DNA of 54,145 nucleotides, counting the filler, from Streblomastix strix (lineage: Eukaryota): the NCBI GenBank assembly GCA_008636045.1. It is 3 parts of 3 records of this genome, joined end to end, with 100 filler letters (N's around TTAATTAATTAA, not from the genome) between each part and the next. Parts side by side here need not be neighbours in the genome. Positions count along the whole stretch, not along the records: positions 18,096 to 36,085 come from SNRW01000653.1; positions 36,186 to 54,145 come from SNRW01000654.1; 1 more part is not named here. The stretch is one strand, 5' to 3'. Within the stretch, counting starts at the first letter, position 1, and the number at the start of each line of letters is the position of its first letter. A program made the position numbers and the translations under genes. The notes beneath the pieces are model-generated. The model did no database searches, was not told the DNA's origin, and saw only the letters and a list, made by a program, of their open reading frames with translations. Below are positions 27,690-40,059 of this stretch, piece after piece.

Positions 27690-28262
27690 TCATCTTTAAT
27701 ATTTTGATTTATAATTTCCATTACGCAGCTTATCAATGTATATAAAAACAGGTTTATCGTTAATATCTTGAGCATAAACATATTAATATTAATATTTATT
27801 CTTTTTAGTGAACATCTCTAACTTTCTATATTTTAGTCCATTATGGAAATAAACGTTAAAATCTTAGTCAAAACTGTAACCTTCAAGAATTGATTCATTA
27901 TATTAATTTAATATTTAAGATCCTGCAGGTAATTCATCTATATATTCATAGGTTGATCGATTTGTGTTATTCTCTTTTGGAGTTACCCATCGTAAATTTT
28001 CTATTCGATTATCGGCTCGATTTTGGTTTTTGTGATCGATATCTGGTAAATTTAAAGGATTAGGAATGAATTGTATAGTTATAACTCGATGAAATTAAAA
28101 TTTTACACAATTTAGAGAAACATATTAATAACCGTACTTCTTATCAATTGAAACAATTGGAATAATGCCATATGAGATTTTTCGTATTGTATATGGTGAT
28201 CCAGTTAATATTTCATAATCATTATCAAGTTCTAAAACTTACCATTAATTAATTTCTTCCAT
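27690..28262 (-). CDS. HNH homing-type endonuclease (HNH_3/NUMOD4-like)
   Basis: Intact 190-aa code-6 ORF containing HRVITIQFIPNPLNLPDIDHKNQNRADNRIENLRWVTPKEN. Confidence 0.9.
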
Positions 28263-28300
28263 TTTTGGAAGGAAAAATAATTATTTATTAAATAAAGTTT

Positions 28301-29356
28301 TCATTATTTGATTATCAGAAACTGGCTAGACCATTTACTAAGTATTATGAATTCATATTTATAATGAGTTCCATACAGTAACATAAACTCATCAAAGTTA
28401 AGATTCTATAAAAAGTTCTCTTCGTATGCTTGTTTTAAATCACTGTCAGATAGACTAACTCCTAAATGCATGACATGAGATAAAATTCTTGCAGTTTTAA
28501 ATAAGTAACTTGGACGTTATGCAACAAAGAAAACAGTATTTTTATTATGTTTACTGTCGGAAATTAAATGAGTTATTGTCTTCGCTAATCCTGAAGAGAA
28601 TCTATAAATATCAGCATTACTTCCTACGTCATCAAATATTAACAATGAATTTAACAATAAACTATGAAATAATATAGGAATCTTCGTTACTTTTAATTCA
28701 GCATCACCATCATCTTATTATATTTCTATTTATCTCTCTAATTATACGTTCTGAATCATAGCAGGAATAGTAAATCTCATTATCATTGTTGGAACACTAT
28801 ATTTAGTTATGATATTAATACATTCTTAACGAAATATCTAAGCAATTCTTCTTGCATAATCCTTTGGTTTCTCTAATTATTATTCTGGTGTTGCAGAAGC
28901 AATTCGTGTTGGATTCTATTTTATTTGATTCATTATTAATATTCTTTCTTTCATTCTCTGTATGTAATCAGATTTGTACGATAAATTTACTTCAATTAAC
29001 TTCCAATATGCATATATTTCTTTAACTTAATATTTAATTTCTTCAAATTATGGAAGGAAATACATAGCTTCTTCATAAGTTATTTTAGTTAAGACTATAT
29101 TCTTAGAGTTTAGATTCAATGCCATAGTCTCATCAGCACCAAAATTAGAGAAATATAAAATGAATGGATAGATTTTTTATTTGTAGATTACTATCAGTTT
29201 ACTTAATAAAGTTGTTTTACCTTAACCAACTGCACCAACTATATAATGATTCCCAATGTTTAAGAATAATGAATTCCTTGTCAATGGCTTTGTTTTATAT
29301 TCATCTAACATAGAAATATCGGTAAATGTCACAGATTATATCTCAGATAATGTCAT
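28301..29356 (-). CDS. A32/FtsK-HerA-like genome packaging ATPase
   Basis: Intact 351-aa ORF: Walker A GAVGQGKT, Walker B LLIFDD, then SKHNKNTVFFVAQ (RH...Q motif). Confidence 0.85.
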
Positions 29357-29397
29357 TATATTTATTATTAAACAAATGTAAGTTAAATATTATAATA

Positions 29398-29790
29398 ATG
29401 ATAATAAATTCTATATTTTATGGAGTAAACTTCATTGTATCTATAATTTCTCTATCAAATCCAAAGTAATTACCAGATATTACTGCTTTAATTAAATAAT
29501 TATGGAGTTATTTTGATGTGATTCTAGTTCCTATTAATATAATTATATATTTATTTCTGTTTGTTTATCGTAGGAGAAAGAAAATTAAGATATAATCATA
29601 AAAAGAATCTGAAGAGAAACCAAATATTAATTAAGTAAGTTATTTTCATTGGTCTAAGTATTCAAATGAATAGATAGAGGAATTCATTAAAGAAGCCATA
29701 GAAAAATAATACGAAGAACTTGCAAAGATGTGGAGATATATTGTATTTAAAGTTATTGAATCTTAAAACTTATAACACTGTCTCAAGTTG
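29398..29790 (+). CDS. Putative membrane protein (end uncertain)
   Basis: Hydrophobic N-terminus, TM segment VILVPINIIIYLFLFVY followed by RRRKK. Confidence 0.45.
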
Positions 29791-30781
29791 AAATATAATA
29801 CGTTCCATTAATTATAACAGAATTTCCTGTTGTCCAACTTATTTTTTGAAATATTTCATACTTACCAGTAATAATTATCAGTTGGACCATTAATTCTTAA
29901 ACAAACGTTCGTTGGATAAGTAGAACCTTATGAAAGAGAAATTTCTTAAAGCGGAAGATATTTTTTTCTAGTGATAGCCTAATATCTTATGGAATGCTTA
30001 ATGTAATTATTTTCTAACTGAATGATGTCTCATATATTGTTAGATCCATGTTAATATACACCATATTTTACCATTTATACACGAATTATGTTGAAAATTC
30101 TGATGGAATTGAAACATTTGTATTCAAAGTTATGGAACTACAATAATTAGTTAATAAAGTTGAAGAATAAATTACGAGATCATTAAACATTAATCTTTTA
30201 CTCATCATAGCTTATCAATGTTGTGAATCATTACTTGGATGAATTAATAAAGTATTTAATTTACTTGCTCTTATTGACCATTATCCACTAATAGCACCAC
30301 TTTCCTAAGTGTTAGAACAGCCAAAATATATGTTTGAATTCTAATCCAATGTCAATTTTGCTAAATTTCTGGAAATTCTTATTCCATCAACACATTCAGC
30401 ATCATAATAATGTCTTAAATTAAAATGATTCATATCAATTCCATTTACAAGCATAATTTATTAATTAGTACCTTTTGGTTCTTTAAAAGATTATGCTGTA
30501 ACTTGATTCGTAAATGATTTAGTTCCAGTAACAGTATAAGCTGTGTTCAATGTTACTAAATGTGATATATCCACTTATGTTTTCTTAAAGAATTAACTAA
30601 AGTAAGTAAAATATTTTATTATTTCATTATCTATTTATTATATTATTTATTTTTACAAATTCTATAGTGATTCTATTTTTTATTATTATTTCTTCTTCTT
30701 CTCATATTCTGATTTCATTTATTATAGTTCTTCTTCTGATAGATCCTCTAAGTCAGTTATTTATTACGCTTCTTCTTCCAT
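29790..30781 (-). pseudogene. Second, shorter tail-fibre-like gene, degraded
   Basis: Coiled-coil start MEEEAQQITDLEDL..., then LVTLNTAYTVTGTKSFT and GIRISRN...IYFGCS...GQWSI, matching modules of the 25401-27634 fibre. Frameshifts and stops. Confidence 0.6.
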
Positions 30782-30809
30782 TAGTTTTCAACAAAAATAA
30801 ACAATTTCA

Positions 30810-31540
30810 TGATGATATTTATTTCAAAAATCTTCTGGACCAATATCTGATTCTAGCTTGTCAGATTATCTAATAAAGTCTTTGGTAACACGATACAGCT
30901 TCTCAATACTATTCCCTAATACGTTATCAATGTTGGAAATTGAGATATTCTTTATAAGAACATCATCTACTCTTACAATCTCTTTCTTCTTATATTTTTA
31001 TGAAGTACAACTATTATATCTCATCAGTGGCTCTTTCATAACAACTTCAGTATTTTTCTCTTCTTCTTATATTATTAATGCCCAGAGTTTAATATAGTTA
31101 TCAGAGTTAAATATGAAATCATCACCTTTCTTTCATGAATCCACACATCTCCAAATCGTATCTATGGTGAATTTCTATACTTCTAAGTCAGTATGAGAAA
31201 AATATGTATCCTTAACAGCTTATTCTGGTTCAACCTGAGCTATTGCACGTGGAACTTCTTTATATTTATTAATATTATACTTACGTCTTCGTAGTCTTTC
31301 AGTTTAGATCTCTCGTTGTGGTTCTTCTTCACCAATGATTAGATCACTGCTTCGTAATGGTGCCTGAATCGAGGACTATATTTATAACTATGGAATTTAC
31401 ACTGATTTCCTGAATCCATTCGTAATAGCTTCATCAATGGCTTATAATCTAGCCTTATCTTCTTCTGAAAGTTCTTTCTTAACAACACTCGCATGTTTGC
31501 TTTTATGAACTCAAATTTGATTTGTTTGTATTGTAGTCAT
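30810..31540 (-). pseudogene. Hypothetical viral protein with internal TGAs
   Basis: MTTIQTNQI*VHKSKHASVVKKELSEEDKARLQAIDEAI... Confidence 0.45.
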
Positions 31541-31581
31541 ATAATTTTGTGTTTAAATAAAATCAATAAGTATCTTAAAAA

Positions 31582-32270
31582 ATGAATCAAGCATAAGCAT
31601 TAAAAAATTTCAGCGAAAACGGAACTTCAATCAAGTATTTCAATAATGGATATATTATGTAAGTTAAAGATAAGATCAAAGTATATGAAGAAGGAAAGAA
31701 AGCAGCAAGAACTCTCACTCAAGCATAATAAACTAAGCTATTATTAGAAGCTAGAGGTGGAGGTTAAACTAAATAACCAAAACGAACATTAAAAAGACAT
31801 GTTGAATAAAACTGTGATGAAGCAGAAGATGAACTCACGAAAATGAGCAGATCTTATCTACGATAAGAGCAAGCTGAACATTATCTTATGAATAACGATG
31901 ATTATGACTGTGACGACTAATAAATTATCGTAGAATAACCAAGATAAACTCCAAAACCAAAGCCGATGAAAACAATAAAGAAGCCATAGATAAATTATAC
32001 TTCTCCATAAGTAGATTTAGAGAAATTAATACGTTTACGAACAAAAAACTCATTTATTAAGTAATAACATCAAGAATCTATTAAGTAAGTTGCGAAATAT
32101 AAAGCAAAAAAAGAGATTATAAATAAAAGAAACTTAACGATGAATAAGCAGAGTAAATATAAACTCAACCATAAGAATAAACTCCTGAATAATAAGAATA
32201 ATAAGAAATTAAATTTAATGAAACAGATTTGTGGTGAATATTTTAATTATAATTCATTATATTAAATATT
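31582..32270 (+). pseudogene. Hypothetical charged protein, apparently frameshifted
   Basis: MNQAQALKNFSENGTSIKYFNNGYIMQVKDKIKVYEEGKK...; 3' end uncertain. Confidence 0.45.
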
Positions 32271-32922
32271 TTTAAATTTATAAATATTTTAAACAATAAT
32301 ATAGCTGTTATAGCTTATTGGTATCGATAGTGAATCAAAAAATTTTCGGCTTAGGTTTGTATCGAACTTGAGTATTATTTTTATAAAAATTATTTTCAAT
32401 TAGTTGATCATGATCATAAAAATAAAAATTAAAAAATTAATTTTCAGAAGTTTGTCGATCACGATCTGATCGGATCAAACTTTAGTGATCAAACATTAGG
32501 AATTGAATTTGAAAATTATTTTTTGGCAAATATTTCGGAAGATCACTTAAGATATGTTATTATATTTTATAAATGCAAATCCTAGCTTATAAATTAATAA
32601 AAAATCAAATTATAATAAATAATATGGAAATAATAACATATTTAACACGAAATCTTGAAATATTTATAAAATCGATTTTTCAGCACGAAATTGCAATTTA
32701 ACTCAATTATTTTTTATTTTCCAATATTTAATTATTTTTTATTTATATTCTAATCACATTCATTAGCATAGAATCACTGTATGATTACTGTTTGCAGACC
32801 TCGTTTTTGGTGTCAACCACACTACATTATTTTTGTATTTTGAGCTCTATCAAGCTCAATCACTCGATGAACATGACCTTGAGTTGATTTTGAAAATGAG
32901 CTCTCAAAATAGTAATTATTCG

Positions 32923-33052
32923 TTGAAACACGTTTTAAAACAGCAATCACTTATTGAAACACAATTAAAACAACAATCGCTCGTTGAAACACAATTAAAA
33001 CAGCAATCGTTCGTTGAAACACAATTAAAACAACAATCACTCTTTGAAACAC
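32923..33052 (+). repeat. 30-bp tandem repeat, about 4.3 copies
   Basis: TTGAAACAC at 32923, 32954, 32984, 33014 and 33044; unit approximately TTGAAACACAATTAAAACAGCAATCGCTCG. Confidence 0.9.
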
Positions 33053-36000
33053 GTTCTCAGACGAATTCTTAACAATTAATGCAGTGCCCGTCTTCTCTAT
33101 ATTATTATTTCATTTTACAATTATCTTATTAATTATTTATAATTTTTATTATTTGTCTACTTTATTTATTTTTATAATATGCAATTAAATAATTTTAATA
33201 AATATATCCTATAAAACTTTATTTATTCAGACAGATATGAATTAAATAGTCAAATTTATTCTAACTTTTTTCATATTTTGTTAATTTATTAATCCATTTT
33301 TGAATTATTATTAGTTTAATATATTTTTAATTTAATTTACATTAATTAAACACAGATTATTTATTAATTTTTTTTTATATTTGGTTTTAAATTAAAAATT
33401 AAAAATTGAATGATATACTTAATGAATTGACTGATTGAGATTATTATGATAAAAAATAAATAGCAATTAAATGAACGGTTAGATTAATAATTGTCATTAA
33501 ATTCTGATTAATATTCATTATCATTTGCAATTACATCAACATCATCAAAATCATTATTAGTATATTTAAATCCTATGTTTGATAGAAAGATCATAGTCCT
33601 ATCAACTGTTAATTCTCTCCTTTCATATGAAACCAAAGAATAGATGTTTCTATCTACGATCAATTTCACAAGAAAGAGATTTTTTGATATTACTTGATGC
33701 AATTAAACGTTTTATTATTAATATTAATAATAAATATTAATTGACATTATGTTTGATTAAATGCTAGAATTAAGATTTGAAAACTAAAAATGATGGAAAA
33801 GCTCCAACTAAATAATAATCAAAATTAGAAATGAATTAATGAAGTCATGAATTCTTTAGTACTTGCTGTAGATATGAAAATTCCAAATTCTTAAAATCTT
33901 TTCTTTATTGAATGTATTTTGCGTAAAAAATATCATTTAAACTTATTATTTCAAATGAAACTTCTCTGATTGAACTGGATAATGCAATGAAGAATTCAGA
34001 TCCAGAGTTTTGAGAAACACAACTAAATTGAATGAAAAAGATATCAAAAAATTGAAATTGAATATCATACAAAATAATGATGCTGTGATAAGGAATTAAT
34101 TTGAGAAGGAATTAAAGGAAATAAAAAAATTTAACGAAGAAAAATTATCTGAAAATTAAAAATAAAGAAAAAATGGTGTAAATAGGATGAATATTTTGGC
34201 GACTTGAAAAATGATAATTTTGATTTTGGATAGATAGCTAAATTTTAATATTAAAATATAGGGGGAAAATGATTTGCAATAATATTTAGTAAAATTATGC
34301 ATATGGAGAGAATGACGGCTAAATTTGTACATGAAGGAACAGTTATAACACTTTCAGACGAAAAAAAATCATAATATCAAATATTTTCTCATTAGTCCAA
34401 AATAGTATCATTTAATACAACTCTTAATTCGTTGTGCAATGGTTTTGCAGCAACGATGTCTCAATTAATGCGAATATAAGATTTAACTTAATAAAATGAA
34501 GATATATCAATCTCTGAATTTCATCTTGCATTATGTGAGTAGCATGATCATGATATAATAGATTATTATGCAAATTTCACACCGAAAATAATATTAAACC
34601 AACAATACCAATTATTCTTTACTTGTGACAAATTGTAGAATCATTTACACAAATAGAATGCAGGTGACTTCTTCGATTTGCTTCAGGTAGTGGAGCTACT
34701 CAAATAAAATGATTTGCGTATCTAGTTGGAAATTAAATCGATGAATATTATAAATTTGCAATTATATTAATGAGTATAGTCCTAATGTTGAAGCATAAAG
34801 AAGAGCAGAAAGATGCAAATAATTAACAATCCAAATTGAGAAAGATAGAGCAGTGGAATTGTGAGCCTTTCTGTTGATCATTTGCGTTTCAATCGAATTT
34901 ATATTCTTCCATATACATTATCGCAAATGTTGGAAGCTTTACTAACCAATATTTTAAATTTACCAAAGTTTGTTACTGTAGGATTAGATATGAACTGAGT
35001 TTATTGATCTACATATTTACTGTTATTTTTTGTTTATTTGCTATCTTTGATGCTTTTTACTCAAAATTTTTAAATAATAATAATTCATTTCACATTCGCA
35101 CTTCATTACCGAGATTACTTGTACTTAAATAAATAAATATTTTTTTTGTTATCAATTAATATTCTATTTTTTGATTCAGAAATAAAAAATAAAATGAAAC
35201 TTATATAAAATTGTTGAATTGAATGTTTATTGAATGAACAATTTTGATAATAAACAAAAACTTTCTTGGTGTAATCTACCATCAATATTTAACTTGCAAT
35301 TTATTTCATTGATAAATAAACTGATATAATTTTAGTATTATATTATTATATTCTTTTCGCAAAATTACGAGTTATTGCTTCTTTTGTTTTACTACATCTT
35401 CTGCTTTTGAACAATGCAGTTCTAATTTTCATTCTGTTGAATTGTATTTTATTTCTTCAATGAACTTCATTCATTCTTTTGAAAGTTGGAATTAGTGTCT
35501 CTATGATCTATATTTATTTTCTGAGAAATGCGATTTGAATCCAGTTCCTTCATTTGATTCTTCGCGCTCTACCTCGTTTGTATTTTCATGGTTCAGTACA
35601 TTGCAAACACTATCAGAATCAACTATTACCTTGTCTTTCTGAATTTTTAGAAGCTCAACACAGACAATAAATTCATTTTTTTATTCTCCTGCTTCGCATT
35701 GAGGTCGGAATAATTGTCGTTCTAGTCGTTCAATCTGTTCACCTTCTCCAGGATGAAAGTTGATTGGCAATATGAATATTCATTCATTAATTTAATTTGA
35801 TACGTAGGGTCATTTCAAAATATAGTATTTTGAAAATACATAGTACTTATGAATGATCAAAGTTTGTTTAAGAAAAAAATTAAATGGATTCATATATACT
35901 TCATATATGCTAATAAAATAGAATTCAAATCGTATATTTAATATATGCTGAGTGCTGGTTTATTGGAACTTTTAAACTAAAAAATGCATAAAAATAGTTA

Positions 36001-36085
36001 CGATATAGTTAAATAAATCAAAGACAAAAATTTCACTAATATAAAAATAAAGTATATATGTTACATATATTGATTTTCATATCAG

Positions 36086-36185
36086 NNNNNNNNNNNNNNN
36101 NNNNNNNNNNNNNNNNNNNNNNNNNNNNNTTAATTAATTAANNNNNNNNNNNNNNNNNNNNNNNNNNNNNNNNNNNNNNNNNNNN
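36086..36185. other. Artificial contig-joining spacer
   Basis: 44 N + TTAATTAATTAA + 44 N. Confidence 0.97.
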
Positions 36186-36548
36186 TATTGAATGCTTTAT
36201 TTTGTTATTGTGATCTATTTAAATGTTTTCATATGAAATAATTATAAAAATATCTTAGTATATTTTTTATTTGAAAAATGGAAAAAATCTCAATTTGTTG
36301 CCCTATTTTGTATATTTATAACAAAGTAATTATTTTAATTATTTATATTTGAGCATTTAATTTAAATAATTATATATACATATCAAATAAAATCTATACT
36401 GGTTCAATACAGAAGTTTTGCAAAACATACCGTTCTCCGTGGACAAAGAGAATTGGCAATTAAAAATACATTCATTTTCTTAATTAACATATATATATTA
36501 AAATTTTAAAATATAATATTGTTTGTCAAAATCCAACCAAACTTACCC

Positions 36549-36624
36549 ATATAAATATGGTAATAAAGGATAATATATTGGTAAAAACTAAGGTAAAAAT
36601 ATAAATGATCTGTCCCTTGAAGCT
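36549..36624 (+). repeat. Left inverted terminal repeat of DIRS element
   Basis: ATATAAATATGGTAATAAAGGATAAT...GATCTGTCCCTTGAAGCT; 71/76 match to the reverse complement of 39149-39224. Confidence 0.9.
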
Positions 36625-36651
36625 TTTTTATAATTCACAAAAGTGTTCAAA

Positions 36652-38046
36652 ATGACACAACAGACCCTCAACGACCCATTTAAATGCCTTAAAAATCTGA
36701 AAAACATGACTACATAGTTCTTTTTTGACGTGGCAAATAAGGATGAGCAAGCCTCGGGCTAGTATATGAATTGCTAAATCCCTTCGTTCATTACGCCGAT
36801 CCTCCCTGCATGCTTACATCTACTTCGATGATTTGTTCAAGAAATTGACGTTTTGGAGGGATAGAACTCTTTTCCGTGGCAATAGTTGCTTGAAGGCGTG
36901 AGCGTGAAGCATATTAAGGCATTTCACTTCTTACTTATCGTCGGGGGTCCAGTTAATACGGACGGTACCTTATCAGAGAGTGTACAATCAACATAGTTCA
37001 TGTGAGACATACATAAATTGTAATATGGTGAAGTTGAACAGCAAATTCAGATGGAGACATTCGGATTTCCTAGGCCGACTGAGGAGCAGTAGAGACCGTA
37101 TACGCCTGCGTTTATACCGTGATAAGGAACTAAAGTCCAATTCAATGTACCACTGACTAAATTTCCAAGCCTGCTTAAGGAGAAAGAGAAGATTCGATCT
37201 CCTGATTTATTACATGCGTAATGATCCTATACGCAATCACAATTGCACTCGGTTCCGTAAATATCTCATCCAAGACCATCTTTTACATCACTTATGGATT
37301 AAGAAATCTCTGACGAAAGCGATATGAACCAAGAATTGGACGACTATCTCCTTTTGCAAGATGGATAGCCGACTCAGAGTATTAATGGAAGAGTACTTCA
37401 GGAGGTTGCATAAGCAATTGAAGAACTATCGATTAGAGTTCTGAAGCTACCCAAATTCACGTGGGAGTCAATTGAACTGGAAATACTTAGAAATTTAATC
37501 GTCAGATGTCCACAAATTCAGAAACCGGAAGATGTAATTGGATTATTGGCCAAGAAAGAATCAAGTGACACACTCTCTCTCGATAGATACTTAACAGGAA
37601 TTTAAGGGCGTGTATTTAACTTAACAAAGCTGCTCCTTGCTACTCTGACAAGTTATGCAGTGCAAACTGGACTACATCTATAAGAGATAATAATTTACGT
37701 ACTCAAAACAATGGAAATATTCAATTCTATTTAAGAAACAAGGCGTATTAAGTGCCTGTACTTATCATCAAAGCCCGTCGCGACAACAGAGGAAGCATAG
37801 AAAAGACTGAAGGAACTAGAAGAAGAAATAAAACTGACACGCAAACCTAAGTACGATTTCCGACCACAATATACAATGAGACCTTTATCGAATATGGACT
37901 AAAAGAGGAAATACAATGGGTTTCAATAGTACAATCAATTCAGTTGGCCTCCGAAACAATAATAACCTGGGAAAAGGACAATTGGACGTGATCGAGGCTA
38001 TGATAAAGCAGGAAGAAGAGGCAAGAAGCCTCAAAATTCAACATGA
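36652..38046 (+). pseudogene. DIRS gag-like ORF1
   Basis: 465-codon frame MTQQTLNDPF...RRGKKPQNST* with about 4 internal TGAs; basic RG-rich C-terminus overlaps the RT frame. Confidence 0.65.
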
Positions 38047-39150
38047 TCTTAACGTGATTGGGCCCCCGAACCCCAACAGAACAATCGGGGTTGGATATAA
38101 ACTGCATTCAACCCTAAACGGCAGTTATTAAAGGAATAGATATAGAAAATTAAAGATTAATAAAGCACAGAAAGATAACAAACGCCATTAGGGGGATGTC
38201 TAAGATATAAAATATTACAATGGAAAGAAATAAATTGCAAATTCAATCTTAATTAAGGTATTCAAATAGATTGGGCCGATAATCCTCCATCATCAAAGGG
38301 TTACTCTCAAATTATCGCTCATAACTTATAGGAATTGGAAACACTAGACTAGCTAATAAGCGAAGAATTAAAGGAATAAATTATAATACATTGCAGAGAA
38401 TAGGAAATTCTTCTTCTTAATCCAATCTTTGTTAACCGAGAATCTTCTGAGGGGTACAGAAAAATAATGGATTGCCAAAATCTAAATTAATATATCAATT
38501 AAATTCATTTCAAAATGGAAGATCAACGGACGTTAAGAGATAATTTGTAACATAACGATCTGGTTTCAACACTAGGTCTTAAGTCAGCTTATCTTCATGT
38601 ACCAATGGCGGAAGAATCCTCTAAATACTTCGGGTTCAAATACAATAATCAATATTACCGTCAGAAAACGCTATGCTTCGGGCACACATCTGCCCCACAT
38701 ATATTCATACAACTAATGAGGCTCATAATCTCTCAATTGAGACCCAGAATTAGAACAGTCTCGTACCTAGGCGACTTTGCTTTCCTGTTTACAACAGAAT
38801 CAGAAGCTTTAGCTGGAATAAAAGAGATTATCTTACTTTTTCGAAAGCTAGGATTAACGATAGAATGGAATAAATCTAACCTCATTCCATCTCATTAATT
38901 CACATACCTCGGATTCGATTGGGATACAAGTAAGATGATTGTAAGCCCATCAAAAAAAAGAATATAAAAAGCAACAAATAAAGTTTCTCAAAGATTAAAA
39001 AAAGAATTACTTTTGTGGGAAAATCGCCTTCTATTGGACTTTGCTCTATCAATAATTCCATTTCATTAAGACGCAACCCTTACCACAGATGCCAGCTAGG
39101 ATGGTCTAGGAGCTTGGTTACAAAAAGGAAACTAGAGAATGGCTCAACAG
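37916..39150 (+). pseudogene. DIRS-type reverse transcriptase with partial RNase H
   Basis: PLGGCL...W, RKIMDCQNLN, HFKMED, LGLKSAYLHV, LCFGHTSAPHIF, SYLGD, FTYLGFDWD, TLTTDASQDGLGAWL. Frameshift near the 5' end. Confidence 0.9.
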
Positions 39151-39224
39151 CTTCATGGAACAGATCATTTATTTTTTTACCTTAGATTTTACCAATTTAT
39201 TATCCTTTATTACCATATTTATAT
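39149..39224 (-). repeat. Right inverted terminal repeat of DIRS element
   Basis: Reverse complement of 36549-36624 with 5 mismatches. Confidence 0.9.
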
Positions 39225-39299
39225 TGTACATATTTGAACACATCGCGAATAAAAGAGTGAAGTTCTCATTCATGTCTATCGCCTGGGCTTTGCCGAGGC

Positions 39300-39590
39300 T
39301 CATTGATTTTTTTTATAGTCTCGAAGTTATTCAACATTATGTCTCTTTCTTTGAATATCATCTTTTATTCCTGTTCTGTATCATAATCAACTACTTTGAT
39401 AGCAACAATTCTTTTGTGCTGCTTTTTCCATCATGCATCAAACTGTTCCAAATCCACCTTTTCCAAGTTTCTTGACCTTTTTAACTAATAACAAATATAT
39501 AAATAGAATAAAATGAAAATATTTGTAAATATTAATCTATCAATAAAATTTGTTCTTCAAACAGTCAGTTTTCTTCCAGGATGAGTTTAA
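39300..39590 (-). pseudogene. Protein kinase N-lobe fragment
   Basis: KKLGKGGFGTV*CM...(frameshift) RIVAIKVVDY...KERDIM (subdomains I-III), lost next to the DIRS end. Confidence 0.75.
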
Positions 39591-40059
39591 TGGCACATTT
39601 GAACTAATAAATTATGAAGGTTGAATAACATGCAAAGTATGAGTAGAAGGAATTGATTAAAGATGAAGTTTAGGAATGTATTATTGTGCATTTCTTGCTG
39701 ATCCAATTTGAGAATGATTCTCATTTTTAAATCAAATGCCTTTTGGATATAATTGATTATATGAAAATAATGGAATAATGGATTTGTTAGATAATTAATA
39801 ATATTAATATTAACATAAAATAATAATAGTTTAATTTGAAATAAATAATATTCAAATACTAAATATCTAAGAAACAATATCAAAATCAGGACATGCATTT
39901 GGATGTATATATGGTTATATGATTAATTGATGCATTCAGGATGAATAATTATTTTATTATTATATTTATGATTAATTTTGATTAAAATAAATTGAAAATG
40001 AAGAAGAATTGTAAGAATGATATTATTAATAAAGAACATAAAGCAATTATTTAAAAAAA

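Larger units (their letters stand above)
18096..33098. mobile_element. Endogenous Polinton/Maverick-like virus, element 1 (left end missing, partly decayed)
   Basis: Dense intronless ORFs on both strands: rve integrase, A32-like packaging ATPase, two capsid-sized genes, fibres and HNH nuclease. The right boundary is tentative, placed after subterminal repeats at ...CCCGTCTTCTCT. Confidence 0.85.
36549..39224 (+). mobile_element. Internally deleted DIRS1-type retrotransposon with inverted terminal repeats
   Basis: gag-like ORF overlapping an RT/RNase H ORF, flanked by 76-bp inverted repeats. No tyrosine recombinase remains. Confidence 0.85.

Noticed and set aside
32923..33052. CRISPR-like array or repeat protein (ORF 32833-33072)
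   Set aside because: Contiguous tandem units with no unique spacers and no cas genes. The ORF likely arises from the 30-bp period.
33480..35800. Possible degenerate coding fragments (plus strand about 33760-34900, minus strand about 35350-35790)
   Set aside because: Coding-like composition but interrupted, with no motif I could recognise.
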